The position numbers and the translations under genes were made by a program. Below, one piece after another: positions 1-9,898 of a DNA stretch of 64,000 nt (position 1 is the first letter of the stretch; each line of letters opens with the position of its first letter). The notes under the pieces were generated by a model, which saw nothing but the letters and a program-made list of their open reading frames with translations, ran no database searches and was not told where the DNA came from. The stretch lies in assembly GCA_902573325.1 (NCBI GenBank), contig CACGJH010000006.1, forward strand, positions 2,074-66,073, written 5' to 3'. The stretch is from an uncultured Alphaproteobacteria bacterium. Lineage in GTDB: Bacteria > Pseudomonadota > Alphaproteobacteria > HIMB59 > GCA-002718135.

Positions 1-2
1 AA

Positions 3-857
3 ATGAAATCAAATCCCTATACCTATGGAATAATTTTAACTCTTTTAACTTATTTATCTTTTGGTATTTTAGATACAATTCAAAAAACAGCAGTTCAATA
101 TCACTCTGTTTTTGTATTGTTGTTTGTAAAGTTTACTTTTTGTTTTATATTCTCTTTTTTTATTGCAAAAAAAAATAAAGTTAAAAAATTTTATCTTTCA
201 AATAATTACAAGATACAAATAACTAGATGTATTTTATCTGTATGTGAATCTTGTTTTTTTGTATTATCTTTTAGGCACTTAGCTCTGGCAGATGCTCACA
301 CAATAGGATCTTTAGCCCCTGTTCTAGTTTTAGTTTTTTCTTATTTAATTTTAAAAGAAAAAATAAATGTAGCTACTTGGTTAGCAATTTGTGTAAGTTT
401 TTGTGGAGTTATTCTAATAATGCGACCTGGATTAACTATATTTAATCCATATCTAATTATTCCATTATGCGCTGCTTTTTTCTATTCACTATTTCAAATA
501 GCAACAAGATTAAATGCTAGGTATGATGATAATGAAACTATGTTATTCTACAATGGTTTTATAGGTGCTATCATTACATTTGTACTATCACTTTTTTTCT
601 GGCAACCGCTACATTCATTTTCTTTTATCTTTTTTATTTTTTTAGGTATCTTTTTTTGTACTGGGTTATTTTTACAAATTAAGGCATTGAGTGTTACACC
701 GGCAAGTATTTTAGCACCTTATAATTATACTATAATTGTTTGGGGAATAATTTTTGGTTTATTAGTATATGAAGAAGTCCCAGATATATTTACGATTATA
801 GGAGCAATTATTATTGTTTCATCTGGAATATTTATATTTAGATATTCTTATAAGTAG
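3..857 (+). CDS. EamA/DMT-family (drug/metabolite transporter) permease
   Basis: 284 aa and about 10 hydrophobic segments. Two-fold internal EamA-like organisation, typical for the family. Substrate unknown. Confidence 0.7.
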   Translation: MKSNPYTYGIILTLLTYLSFGILDTIQKTAVQYHSVFVLLFVKFTFCFIFSFFIAKKNKVKKFYLSNNYKIQITRCILSVCESCFFVLSFRHLALADAHTIGSLAPVLVLVFSYLILKEKINVATWLAICVSFCGVILIMRPGLTIFNPYLIIPLCAAFFYSLFQIATRLNARYDDNETMLFYNGFIGAIITFVLSLFFWQPLHSFSFIFFIFLGIFFCTGLFLQIKALSVTPASILAPYNYTIIVWGIIFGLLVYEEVPDIFTIIGAIIIVSSGIFIFRYSYK

Positions 858-906
858 TTTTAATTTCTTTGTATCAATTAAAAAATTAATGTTATAAATT
901 TACTTT

Positions 907-2391
907 ATGTTTATTGGAATCGATCTTGGAACTTCATCAATCAAAATGATTTTAATTGATCAAAATCAAAGCATTCTTGCATCCGCTAATTCAAGTCTTA
1001 CTGTACAATCACCTAAAGATGGTTTTAGTGAACAAAATCCACAAGAATGGATTGATTCAACAATGGAATGCTTGGAGGCTTTAAAATCAAAAAAACCAAA
1101 AGAATTTTCACAAACTATTTCAATAGGAATATCCGGTCATATGCATGGGGCTACTTTAATAGATAAGGATGGAGAAGTTATTAGACCGTGTATCCTTTGG
1201 AATGATACAAGATCATATCAAGAGTGTGAAGAATTTGAAAAACAAAATTTTGATGTACGATCAATTTCAGGAAATATTACTATGCCTGGTTTTACTGCAC
1301 CAAAAATAAATTGGATAAAAAATAATGAAATAGATAATTTTAAAAAAATTTTTAAAGTTCTACTTCCTAAAGATTATTTACGATTTGTTCTTACTGGTGA
1401 ATTTTTTTCTGAAATGTCAGATGCATCTGGAACATTATGGCTAGATATTCAAAAAAGAAAATGGTCCAATCAGCTTTTATCTTGCTCATTTTTAGAAGAA
1501 AAACACATGCCAGATCTTGTGGAAGGGAATGAGCAGACAGGATTTTTAAAAAAAGATTTAAAAGAGAAATTTAATTTTATCAATAATGTTAAAGTTGTGG
1601 GTGGGGCAGGGGATAATGCTGCCGCAGCAACTGGTATGGGTATAACAAACAAAAACCAATCATTTATATCTCTTGGAACTTCAGGGGTTTTTTTTACTCC
1701 TACTGAAAATTTTTTGAGTAATACTGGAGATGCAGTACATTCTTTTTGTCATTGTTTACCAAATAAATGGCACCTAATGTCTGTTATGTTAAGTGCAAGT
1801 AATTGTTTAGATTGGATTTGCTCTATTACCAATACTTCAATTGCCGATACACTTAATAATGTAGAGCAATTTTATAATGATAAAAATTCTAAAAAAAATT
1901 CATCGTATTTTTTACCTTATTTGTCTGGAGAGAGAACCCCTCATAATGATCCACATATTAGAGGTTCGTTCCATTCTATAAAAACAACTACAAATGTAAC
2001 AGATTTACAGTATGCAGTAATTGAAGGTGTCAGTTTTGGAATATTAGATGGAGTAAATTCTATTTTGAAAGTTAATAATAACTTTGATCAAATATTTATG
2101 GTTGGAGGAGGTTCAAAAAGTTCATTTTGGATTGAATTGCTCGCAGCACTTTTAAATAGAAAGTTAAGTGTTTGTGATCAAAGCGAATTTGGTGCTGCAC
2201 TTGGTGTTGCAAGATTAGCTATGTATCAAGATGCTACTATTGATAATAAAGAAAATATTATTAGTGAAATAAAAATAAGTAAAACTTATGAGCCTAATGA
2301 TGATAACATTGATCTTTTATTACAAAGATATTCAATTTGGAAAGATTTATATAACAGTAATAATAAGATTGCTCAAAATCTAAGTTTTTAA
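907..2391 (+). CDS. xylB: Xylulokinase (FGGY carbohydrate kinase)
   Basis: N-terminal IGIDLGTSSIK phosphate-1 motif, GGAGDNAAAATG, and a C-terminal GGGSKSSFW motif. 494 aa, the usual XylB length. Confidence 0.8.
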   Translation: MFIGIDLGTSSIKMILIDQNQSILASANSSLTVQSPKDGFSEQNPQEWIDSTMECLEALKSKKPKEFSQTISIGISGHMHGATLIDKDGEVIRPCILWNDTRSYQECEEFEKQNFDVRSISGNITMPGFTAPKINWIKNNEIDNFKKIFKVLLPKDYLRFVLTGEFFSEMSDASGTLWLDIQKRKWSNQLLSCSFLEEKHMPDLVEGNEQTGFLKKDLKEKFNFINNVKVVGGAGDNAAAATGMGITNKNQSFISLGTSGVFFTPTENFLSNTGDAVHSFCHCLPNKWHLMSVMLSASNCLDWICSITNTSIADTLNNVEQFYNDKNSKKNSSYFLPYLSGERTPHNDPHIRGSFHSIKTTTNVTDLQYAVIEGVSFGILDGVNSILKVNNNFDQIFMVGGGSKSSFWIELLAALLNRKLSVCDQSEFGAALGVARLAMYQDATIDNKENIISEIKISKTYEPNDDNIDLLLQRYSIWKDLYNSNNKIAQNLSF

Positions 2392-3794
2392 TAAATATTT
2401 TTTAAAAAATTAATTTTTTCTTCTAAAATTTCAGAAAATAAAGGAAACTGTTTTGGTGTGTCACCCCAAAGCTCTACACAATTTGCAAATTTAACAACTT
2501 TATCTTTTTCTAAATAATATTTGATCCATTCCCAACTCGGTTCATAATATTCAAAATTTAATTTTTTATCTCTAATTTTCAACATAAAAACATACCAACT
2601 TGCAATTGCATCAATACAGTTTTCTGGAATTATTTTTTTTTCAAAGCAATTATGTATGGTCGGTAGTATAAATATTGGAAATTTACCTACTCCATCCATT
2701 GCAATTCTCTCTAATCTATCAGCAATATTTCTATTTTTAAATCTTTCATAAATTGTGATCATATATTCCTCTAAATTAAAGGGTTTGTGTGAAAGTGCTG
2801 GTATTATTTCTTTTTGTTGAATTTCAAAGAAATATTGTTCTAAATTTTTATCAGATATAGCTTCATCATAAGTTGTGTAACCCTTAAGTGCACCAAAATA
2901 ACTTAATGCTACGTGAGCTCCATTAAGAATTCTAATTTTTGCTTCTTCATAGGGCAATACATCACGCACAAACTTGACACCAACGTCTTCAAGCCTTGGT
3001 CTTTCATTAATGAAGTCATCCTCTATTATCCATTGAATAAATGGCTCAGCCATGACACCACAGTTTTCATCTAAACTAAATTTTTCCATTATTTCAGACT
3101 TTAAAAATTCAGGAGTTCTAGGAGTAATTCGATCAACAACACAAGAGGGAAAACTTACATTACTTTCTATCCATTCTAAAAGCTCAAATTCATTAGATGC
3201 TAATAAATATTGTTTTAAACAGTCTTTTAATACTATTCCATTTTCCCTAATATTATCACAACATAGCAATGTGATTTTTTTATTTGTAGATAACATCCGT
3301 TTTTTTAAGGCTGTCATGAGATATGCATAAATGATATTGTTTTCTTTTCCATCAATATTATTTTTAATAATTTCTAGATTTAAATTTAATTTATTTTTTT
3401 CATTTATATAGTAACCACTTTCAGTAACAGTCATTGTCACTAATTTTACATCTGGATTTGAAAGAGCATCCTCAGCTTCATCTTTATTTTTACTCCAATC
3501 TATTAATTCAATTATCGAATTAATTTCTTTGTATTCTTCTTCTCCAGATGTAGAAATTGTTTTAAGAATATATTTTCCTTTTCTTAATTTAAGATTATCA
3601 ATTTTTTTTCTATCCTCTTTTCTTAAATTAATTCCACATATTCCCCAATTAAGATCATTAGATGTGTTAAGATATTCATTTATATAGTTTGCTTGATGTG
3701 CTCTATGAAAATTGCCTACACCAAGGTGAACAATTCCAGTTTTGCAATTCTCTCTATTAAAAGATGAAATAGCTAATTCATTATTTTTCATCAA
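2388..3794 (-). CDS. Mannitol-dehydrogenase-family polyol dehydrogenase (mannitol 2-DH / D-arabinitol 4-DH / fructuronate reductase type)
   Basis: IVHLGVGNFHRAHQA N-terminal Rossmann signature of the long-chain mannitol dehydrogenase family. 468 aa. Its stop overlaps the xylB end and its start overlaps the next dehydrogenase. Confidence 0.8.
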   Translation of the reverse strand: MMKNNELAISSFNRENCKTGIVHLGVGNFHRAHQANYINEYLNTSNDLNWGICGINLRKEDRKKIDNLKLRKGKYILKTISTSGEEEYKEINSIIELIDWSKNKDEAEDALSNPDVKLVTMTVTESGYYINEKNKLNLNLEIIKNNIDGKENNIIYAYLMTALKKRMLSTNKKITLLCCDNIRENGIVLKDCLKQYLLASNEFELLEWIESNVSFPSCVVDRITPRTPEFLKSEIMEKFSLDENCGVMAEPFIQWIIEDDFINERPRLEDVGVKFVRDVLPYEEAKIRILNGAHVALSYFGALKGYTTYDEAISDKNLEQYFFEIQQKEIIPALSHKPFNLEEYMITIYERFKNRNIADRLERIAMDGVGKFPIFILPTIHNCFEKKIIPENCIDAIASWYVFMLKIRDKKLNFEYYEPSWEWIKYYLEKDKVVKFANCVELWGDTPKQFPLFSEILEEKINFLKNIY

Positions 3795-4821
3795 TTTTAA
3801 TTTGAAGTTTTACATCAGTAGGCCTATGTTCTGCTGCTCTTATAAATGCTTCAACACTTTCTTCAAATTTAAAAGTATGTGTAATCATCGGTTTAACATC
3901 AATTTTTCCTCGTTCTAGAAGTCTTATTGATGGTTCATATTGATGCGAATACCTATGCACAGTTTGAAATTCAAGACCTTTAGCAAATAGTACTGCCCAG
4001 TTCATAGGCACTGGTTCAGCATTATTTCCAATTAAAACAACATGTGCACCAGGTGAGCAGCAAGTAAAAATCGCTTCATATGCCTTCACTGCTCCACTGC
4101 ATTCAAAAAACCTATCAACCCCCCATCCATTAGTTTCATCCATAATTTTTGTTTCTAAATTTTCTTTAGATAAATCTACTGGAATAAGATCAGGGTAATA
4201 ATTACACATCTTTAATTTTTCACCCAAAATATCAGCTATATAAACTTTTGCGCATCCACCAGCTAAAGCTGAAAGAGCTGTTACTAAGCCAATTGGTCCA
4301 CATCCCATCACTAAGCCAATTTGGCCAGGTTTTATTTTAGCTTTTGTAACTCCTTGCATTCCTACTGCTAAAGGCTCAACCATTGCTCCTTCGGCGTAAG
4401 AAAGGTTATCTGGAATTTTAAAAACCATATCACTTGGAAAAATAACTTCGGGTGTTAAACAACCATGAATAGGTGGAGTTGCCCAAAATTTTACGTCCTG
4501 ATCATAATTGTAGATACCAAGTTTATATTCTTTTGTACTTTTACTTACTATTTGTGGTTCAATACAAACTCTATCACCAACCTTCAAATTTTTTTCATCC
4601 TTACCTACTTCAATTATTGTACCTGAACCTTCATGACCCAAAACCATTGGAGCATTAACATTCCATTGTCCAATTTTTCCATGTTCATAATAGTGTATAT
4701 CTGATCCACATATTCCCACAGTATGCATTTTGATCTTTACATCATTCAAACCAACCTTATTTGGTAGATCAATATCTCTTAAATTTAATTCAAGTTTTTT
4801 TTCTAAAACTAATGCTTTCAT
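3781..4821 (-). CDS. Zn-dependent sorbitol/xylitol (L-iditol 2-) dehydrogenase, MDR superfamily
   Basis: GICGSDIHYY and GHEGSGTIIEVG zinc-ADH motifs plus a GCGPIGL NAD fold. 346 aa. Confidence 0.8.
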   Translation of the reverse strand: MKALVLEKKLELNLRDIDLPNKVGLNDVKIKMHTVGICGSDIHYYEHGKIGQWNVNAPMVLGHEGSGTIIEVGKDEKNLKVGDRVCIEPQIVSKSTKEYKLGIYNYDQDVKFWATPPIHGCLTPEVIFPSDMVFKIPDNLSYAEGAMVEPLAVGMQGVTKAKIKPGQIGLVMGCGPIGLVTALSALAGGCAKVYIADILGEKLKMCNYYPDLIPVDLSKENLETKIMDETNGWGVDRFFECSGAVKAYEAIFTCCSPGAHVVLIGNNAEPVPMNWAVLFAKGLEFQTVHRYSHQYEPSIRLLERGKIDVKPMITHTFKFEESVEAFIRAAEHRPTDVKLQIKIDEK

Positions 4822-4904
4822 GACTGTTAATAAATAACATATTTTTAAATATAAATTATTATAATTTTTGATGAAATTTATATTTTGTTAACATATTGTA
4901 AGTA

Positions 4905-5672
4905 TTGATGATTATGGATCAATTCAAACTAACTAATAAAGTTGCTATTGTAACCGGTGGGACAAGAGGAATTGGTCTATCGATTGCACATGCTCTTGCA
5001 GAAGCTGGAGCAAAAATAATTGTCACTAGTAGAACAGATAAATATGATGGTTTAAAAAGTTTAAAAAAAGCAAATTATGATGTTGCTTTTTTAAAGGGTG
5101 ATATTACTAAACCAGATGAACCTCAAAAAATTATAAATTATGTATTAGAGGAATATAATTCAATTGATATCCTAGTTAATAATGCAGGTGTTGCTCAACA
5201 TGGAACTATGGAAGAATTTAATGATGATTTATTGGATAAAATTATGAATACAAATGTTGATTCTGTTTTTAGAATGTGTCGTTCAGTTTTGCCACAAATG
5301 AAAAAACAAGGTGAAGGAGTGATTTTAAATATAGGTTCGATATCTGGGGTAGTATCAAATATTCCTCAACCTCAAGTGGCATATAATGCATCAAAAGCTG
5401 CAGTACATATGTTAACAAAAAGTTTAGCAAGTGATTTTGCAGAAAATAATATTCGTGTAAATGCTATTGCTCCAGGTTACATCGATACAGAAATGACAAA
5501 ACTAACTAAAGAAAACGAACATTGGTATGAAACTTGGAATAGCATGACACCGCTCAAAAGAATGGGTAAAGCAAGTGAAATTGCATCTGCAGCACTTTTT
5601 TTATGTAGCCCTGCTTCAAGTTACATTACAGGTGAAGTATTAGTTGTAGATGGAGGATATACCGTTAGATAA
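4905..5672 (+). CDS. Short-chain dehydrogenase/reductase (SDR)
   Basis: TGGTRGIGLSIA cofactor motif, NNAG, and YNASKAAV catalytic Tyr-Lys. 255 aa. The start could be one of three ATGs in MMIMDQ. Confidence 0.8.
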   Translation: MMIMDQFKLTNKVAIVTGGTRGIGLSIAHALAEAGAKIIVTSRTDKYDGLKSLKKANYDVAFLKGDITKPDEPQKIINYVLEEYNSIDILVNNAGVAQHGTMEEFNDDLLDKIMNTNVDSVFRMCRSVLPQMKKQGEGVILNIGSISGVVSNIPQPQVAYNASKAAVHMLTKSLASDFAENNIRVNAIAPGYIDTEMTKLTKENEHWYETWNSMTPLKRMGKASEIASAALFLCSPASSYITGEVLVVDGGYTVR

Positions 5673-5678
5673 GATTAA

Positions 5679-6242
5679 TTATTCTTTAAAAAGAAAAATA
5701 TTTGCTCTTATATTTATTTTGTCTTTAAGAATTGTTGTGTTTTTCCAATTACCAGTCCCAATTTCAAAGTCATTTCTGGAAAAAGATATCTCACTTCTTA
5801 CCTGAACCAACTCACTAGCTAATTTTATAATTTCAATATCAAGAGGGATTTTTTGACTTTTACCTTTTATTGTTAATTCACCTATTAAATTAATTTTATT
5901 ATCTTCGTAATTAAATTTAAAATTATTGGTATCAATAAGACCAAATGGAAATTTTTTAGCATCAAAAAAAACCTCACTCAGTACTAAATCTTTATATCGT
6001 TTATAGTTTAAGTCTAAACTATCAATACTAACATTTATTAGTGCCTTATTATTATTTTCATTGGACAAATCCAAAGAAACAAAACCATCAAATGTATTAA
6101 ATTTACCAGTAACATTTTTTGCAAACAAAACTGGAACTTCAAATTCTATACTAGAAATATTTTTATCTATAGTCCATAAATCATTAGCTGCACTCTGCTT
6201 ACAATACAGAAATATAAAAAATAAACTAAATATAACTTTCAA
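5679..6242 (-). CDS. YceI-family periplasmic (polyisoprenoid-binding-like) protein
   Basis: Signal peptide, then W-x-ID-xx-S-x-I-x-F and GKFNTFDG motifs typical of YceI-like domains. Confidence 0.65.
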   Translation of the reverse strand: MKVIFSLFFIFLYCKQSAANDLWTIDKNISSIEFEVPVLFAKNVTGKFNTFDGFVSLDLSNENNNKALINVSIDSLDLNYKRYKDLVLSEVFFDAKKFPFGLIDTNNFKFNYEDNKINLIGELTIKGKSQKIPLDIEIIKLASELVQVRSEISFSRNDFEIGTGNWKNTTILKDKINIRANIFLFKE

Positions 6243-6654
6243 TATATTTTCTTGCTAGTTCATCAGCTTTCTCATTAAATTCGAAACCAGCGTGTCCTTT
6301 AACCCATTTCCATGTTACATTATGTTTATTAATTAGATTATCTAATTGCATCCATAATTCTTTATTTTTCACTATTTTTTTTGTTGAAGTTTTCCATCCA
6401 TTTTTTTTCCAATTTGTAATCCATGATTCAATACCATCTTTTACATATTTGCTATCGGTATAAATGATTAATTCTTTTTTTATCTCAAAATATTCCAGTG
6501 CTTTTATTGCTGCTGTAAGTTCCATTTTATTATTAGTTGTGTGTTGATCACCACCATTTAATAAAATTTCTTTATTATTATCTAATATCACGACACCCCA
6601 TCCACCTATACCAGGATTCCCAGAACATGCGCCATCTGTATAAATATTAATCAT
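6226..6654 (-). CDS. rnhA: Ribonuclease HI
   Basis: IYTDGACSGNPG, TNNKMEL and WVKGHAG-x-NE-x-AD RNase H motifs. 142 aa. Confidence 0.9.
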   Translation of the reverse strand: MINIYTDGACSGNPGIGGWGVVILDNNKEILLNGGDQHTTNNKMELTAAIKALEYFEIKKELIIYTDSKYVKDGIESWITNWKKNGWKTSTKKIVKNKELWMQLDNLINKHNVTWKWVKGHAGFEFNEKADELARKYIESYI

Positions 6655-7604
6655 TATTCAAAAATATCATTTTGTTGATGCCATCTTAAAATATTCAAAT
6701 ATTCAAATGGATCTTTTTTAACAACTACTGCATCAGGTGGATGAAAAATATAATCGTGCACTCTTGTACATAATATTCTAACAGCAGCAGCTCTTAATAA
6801 AATATTTAACGATTTCTTTTCAAGATCACTTAATTCTCTCAACTTTTGATATTCCCCAAGAATTACCAAGCAGTTCTCTTTGTTAAAGTATTGTCCATTT
6901 TCACTAAAGCACCAATCATTAATAACTATGGCTAAATCGTAAATATAAAAATAATAACATGCAAAATAGAAATCTATTACTCCAGAAATTTTTTCATCTT
7001 TAAAAAAAATATTATCTCTAAACAAATCAGCATGTATGACACCACAAGGAATATTTGTTGGCCAATAATTTTCTAAATAGTCTATTTCATTTTTTAACAA
7101 ATACATTGTTTCATTAAACTTTTTGGATTTATTATTAATGCACTTTTTGTAAATTTCTTTCCAATCCTGTAAATCTAAACTGTTAGGTCTTTTTTCATCA
7201 AAATTTATGGTAAGATTGTGTAAATCAGCAACCATTTTTCCAACTTCTCTACACATTTCAGAGTTAGGTTTTTCAATACTTTTACCTTCCAGAAAAGATA
7301 TTATTACAGCTGTTTTATTTTTTATTCTTTTTAAAATTTTTCCATTTTTATCTGAGATAGCTTTTGGACATTTAAAATTATTTTTATTTAAAAAGTTTTT
7401 TAAATTTATAAAAAAAGGTAATTCTTGCTCAGTTACTCTTTTTTCAAAAATTGTTAAAATATATGGTTGATTATTACAAAAAATTTTAAAATTTGAGTTC
7501 TCTATCCCATCTACAATTTCTTCAAAACTGTCTAAATTTCCAATTGAGTAATCAGAAATAAAGTTTTCGATATCTTCTTTAAGTAATTTAGTAAAGACTG
7601 CCAT
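6654..7604 (-). CDS. thrB: Homoserine kinase, type II (APH/choline-kinase fold)
   Basis: 316 aa with VIHADLFRDNIFF and ISGVIDF kinase motifs. Sits in the alphaproteobacterial ispH-thrB-rnhA synteny. Confidence 0.7.
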   Translation of the reverse strand: MAVFTKLLKEDIENFISDYSIGNLDSFEEIVDGIENSNFKIFCNNQPYILTIFEKRVTEQELPFFINLKNFLNKNNFKCPKAISDKNGKILKRIKNKTAVIISFLEGKSIEKPNSEMCREVGKMVADLHNLTINFDEKRPNSLDLQDWKEIYKKCINNKSKKFNETMYLLKNEIDYLENYWPTNIPCGVIHADLFRDNIFFKDEKISGVIDFYFACYYFYIYDLAIVINDWCFSENGQYFNKENCLVILGEYQKLRELSDLEKKSLNILLRAAAVRILCTRVHDYIFHPPDAVVVKKDPFEYLNILRWHQQNDIFE

Positions 7605-7607
7605 CTT

Positions 7608-8549
7608 CTATACGTTTAGTTTTTGCGGCACTTTAAAAAATACATCTTCTTTTTGGTAAAATCCTTCATTTATATTTATTTCAAAATTTTTTTTCAAATT
7701 ATCGAGAAGTTTTTTAACAAGTACTTCTGGTGATGATGCACTTGCTGTTATTCCTATATTTTCAGATTCTTGAAATATATTTAAATTTAATGAATCTACA
7801 TCTTCTACTAAAATAGCTTTTTTTGATCCATAATTTTTTGCTACTTCAACTAATCTTAGGGAATTTGATGAGTTACTTGCACCAATTACTAAAAAATAAT
7901 CACATTGATTCGCTATCTTTTTGACCGCTTCTTGTCTATTTGTTGTAGCATAACAAATATCATTTTTTTTTGGTTCTATGACATTACTAAAATATAATTT
8001 TATCTCTTTTATTATATCTTTTGTATCATCTACTGATAGCGTTGTCTGAGTAACATATGCAATCTCATCATTTTGTTTTAAAGGCAATTTTTTTACATCT
8101 TCAACTTTTTCTACTAAATGAATTTTTTTATCTGTTTGGCCCATAGTTCCAATAACTTCAGGATGATTTCTATGACCAATTAAAATTACTGGCAGATTTT
8201 TTTTATCAAAATTTTCAACTTCTTTATGGATTTTGCTAACAAGCGGACATGTTGCATCATAATATACTAAATTTAAACTTAATGCTTCCTCTGGGACTGC
8301 TTTTGGAACACCATGTGCAGAAAAGATAACTGGCCTACTTCTATCTTCAATCTCATTTAATTCTTCTACAAAAATAGCTCCCTGTGATTTGAGATTTTCA
8401 ACAACAAATTTATTATGCACTATTTCATGACGAACATATACTGGCGCTCCATATTTTTTTAGAGCGCCCTTTACCATTTCTATAGCCCTATCTACACCTG
8501 CACAAAATCCCCGAGGTCCTGCAAGAAATATATTAAGTTTTTTTGTCAT
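7608..8549 (-). CDS. ispH: 4-hydroxy-3-methylbut-2-enyl diphosphate reductase
   Basis: GFCAGVDRAI, SAHGV, and ATCPLV / CYATTNRQ cluster-ligand motifs of IspH/LytB. 313 aa. Confidence 0.9.
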   Translation of the reverse strand: MTKKLNIFLAGPRGFCAGVDRAIEMVKGALKKYGAPVYVRHEIVHNKFVVENLKSQGAIFVEELNEIEDRSRPVIFSAHGVPKAVPEEALSLNLVYYDATCPLVSKIHKEVENFDKKNLPVILIGHRNHPEVIGTMGQTDKKIHLVEKVEDVKKLPLKQNDEIAYVTQTTLSVDDTKDIIKEIKLYFSNVIEPKKNDICYATTNRQEAVKKIANQCDYFLVIGASNSSNSLRLVEVAKNYGSKKAILVEDVDSLNLNIFQESENIGITASASSPEVLVKKLLDNLKKNFEININEGFYQKEDVFFKVPQKLNV

Positions 8550-8633
8550 TCAAATCTATTACCATTAATTTTGGTTAGTTAATAATACTATAGATTTTGA
8601 AAATCTTTTAATATTAAATTATTAATATTGTAA

Positions 8634-8659
8634 GTAGATTTTGGAGTAACTAAATCTAC
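8634..8659 (-). terminator. Hairpin immediately 3' of atpF (possible atp operon terminator)
   Basis: 8-bp inverted repeat, GTAGATTT at 8634-8641 and AAATCTAC at 8652-8659, with a 10-nt loop. It lies 3 nt past the atpF stop. No clear U-tract on the minus strand, so this is weak. Confidence 0.3.
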
Positions 8660-8661
8660 TG

Positions 8662-9147
8662 CTAGTTCTTTAGAACAGAGTTAAATTCGGTAATTGACTC
8701 TTGAATTAAAGTAGATTTTTTATCCTTACTTAGATTTTGAAGTAGAATATTTCTAGTAGCCTCTATTGCAACACTTGAAATATAACTTTTGATAGAATTA
8801 TTGGTATCTCTAACTAATTGTTCAATTTTATTTTCTGCCAATATTTTTCTTTTTTCAATTTGATCAGTTAATTTAGTGGCGGATATATCTTTCAATTCAG
8901 AAATTCTTTTCTCAGATTCTAACTTTAGATTTTGTATTTCTTTCTCTACTTTAGATTCTCTCTCCCTAAGTTCATCTAAAGCTTTTTGAGCCTCGTTTTT
9001 TAAATTCTCAACTTCATCAATTTTATTTTTTATATCTTTAATTTGTGCATCTAAACTAGATGTAAGGATTTTTCGTACTGGATTAAAAATAGCTGCAATA
9101 AATAATATAAAAGATACCGCTACCCAAAATTGAGGATCAGAAAACAT
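8662..9147 (-). CDS. atpF: F0F1 ATP synthase subunit b
   Basis: One N-terminal TM helix followed by a long charged coiled coil. Last gene of the atpI-B-E-F'-F order. Confidence 0.8.
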   Translation of the reverse strand: MFSDPQFWVAVSFILFIAAIFNPVRKILTSSLDAQIKDIKNKIDEVENLKNEAQKALDELRERESKVEKEIQNLKLESEKRISELKDISATKLTDQIEKRKILAENKIEQLVRDTNNSIKSYISSVAIEATRNILLQNLSKDKKSTLIQESITEFNSVLKN

Positions 9148-9638
9148 TAGTTAAAACTACCTTTTTGTGTTTCAATAACTTTATTAAGTTCATTGTCTGA
9201 CAATTCTATATCTGTAATTTTTCCAACAGTCAGTTTTGTAATATTAACTATTTCATTGTTAATATTTTTCATTTGATCATCTTTACTTTTTAAAATTTCT
9301 TTTTCTGCATCAGAAACTTTTTTTTCTAAATCTTTATCAAGTGAAGAAATTTGAGAAGAAACATCTTCTTGTAAAGCATTGATTGTTTCTTTAATTTTCT
9401 CATCTGTTTCTAGTTTAGCTTTATTGATTTGATCATTAATTTTTTTTTCAATTTCCATTGCCTGTTCTTGAAGCTCTTTTGCTGAAGATAAATTTTCATC
9501 TATTTTATTTTGTCTTTTCTCTAAAACTGTAGCTATTCTTGGTAGTGATACCCTCCATAAAAATACAAATAGAAAAGTAAAGAATACAGCTAACCAAAAG
9601 AGCTGTGAAACAAAAAACTCTGGATTTAATTGAGGCAT
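9147..9638 (-). CDS. F0F1 ATP synthase subunit b'
   Basis: Same architecture as subunit b. The paralog sits between c and b, as in alphaproteobacterial F0 operons. Confidence 0.8.
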   Translation of the reverse strand: MPQLNPEFFVSQLFWLAVFFTFLFVFLWRVSLPRIATVLEKRQNKIDENLSSAKELQEQAMEIEKKINDQINKAKLETDEKIKETINALQEDVSSQISSLDKDLEKKVSDAEKEILKSKDDQMKNINNEIVNITKLTVGKITDIELSDNELNKVIETQKGSFN

Positions 9639-9655
9639 TAATTAATTATTGAGTT

Positions 9656-9880
9656 CTATCCAAACAAAATAACTAACGCAATAACTAGCGCGAAAAGAGC
9701 AATCGCTTCAACTAATGCGAAACCTAACATTGTCATTGTAAAAACTTCACCTCTTGCTGCCGGATTTCTTCCAACTGCTTGAATAAAAGATGAGAAAATA
9801 TTCCCAATTCCAATACCTGATCCAATAACACCGATAACGGCTAAACCCGCTCCGATTACTTTTGCTGCTTCAATTTCCAT
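9656..9880 (-). CDS. atpE: F0F1 ATP synthase subunit c
   Basis: 74-aa two-helix proteolipid with a GxGxGxG-type helix, an RNP loop, and the conserved carboxylate in LVEAIAL. Confidence 0.9.
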   Translation of the reverse strand: MEIEAAKVIGAGLAVIGVIGSGIGIGNIFSSFIQAVGRNPAARGEVFTMTMLGFALVEAIALFALVIALVILFG

Positions 9881-9898
9881 AAGACCTCCTATTTTAAA

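Noticed and set aside
4822-4904. Direct repeat TAACATATT (about 4835 and about 4887) in the divergent dehydrogenase/SDR promoter region, as a possible operator.
   Set aside because: It is a 9-mer made almost entirely of A/T in roughly 90% AT spacer DNA, so a chance occurrence is likely. There is no palindromic structure.
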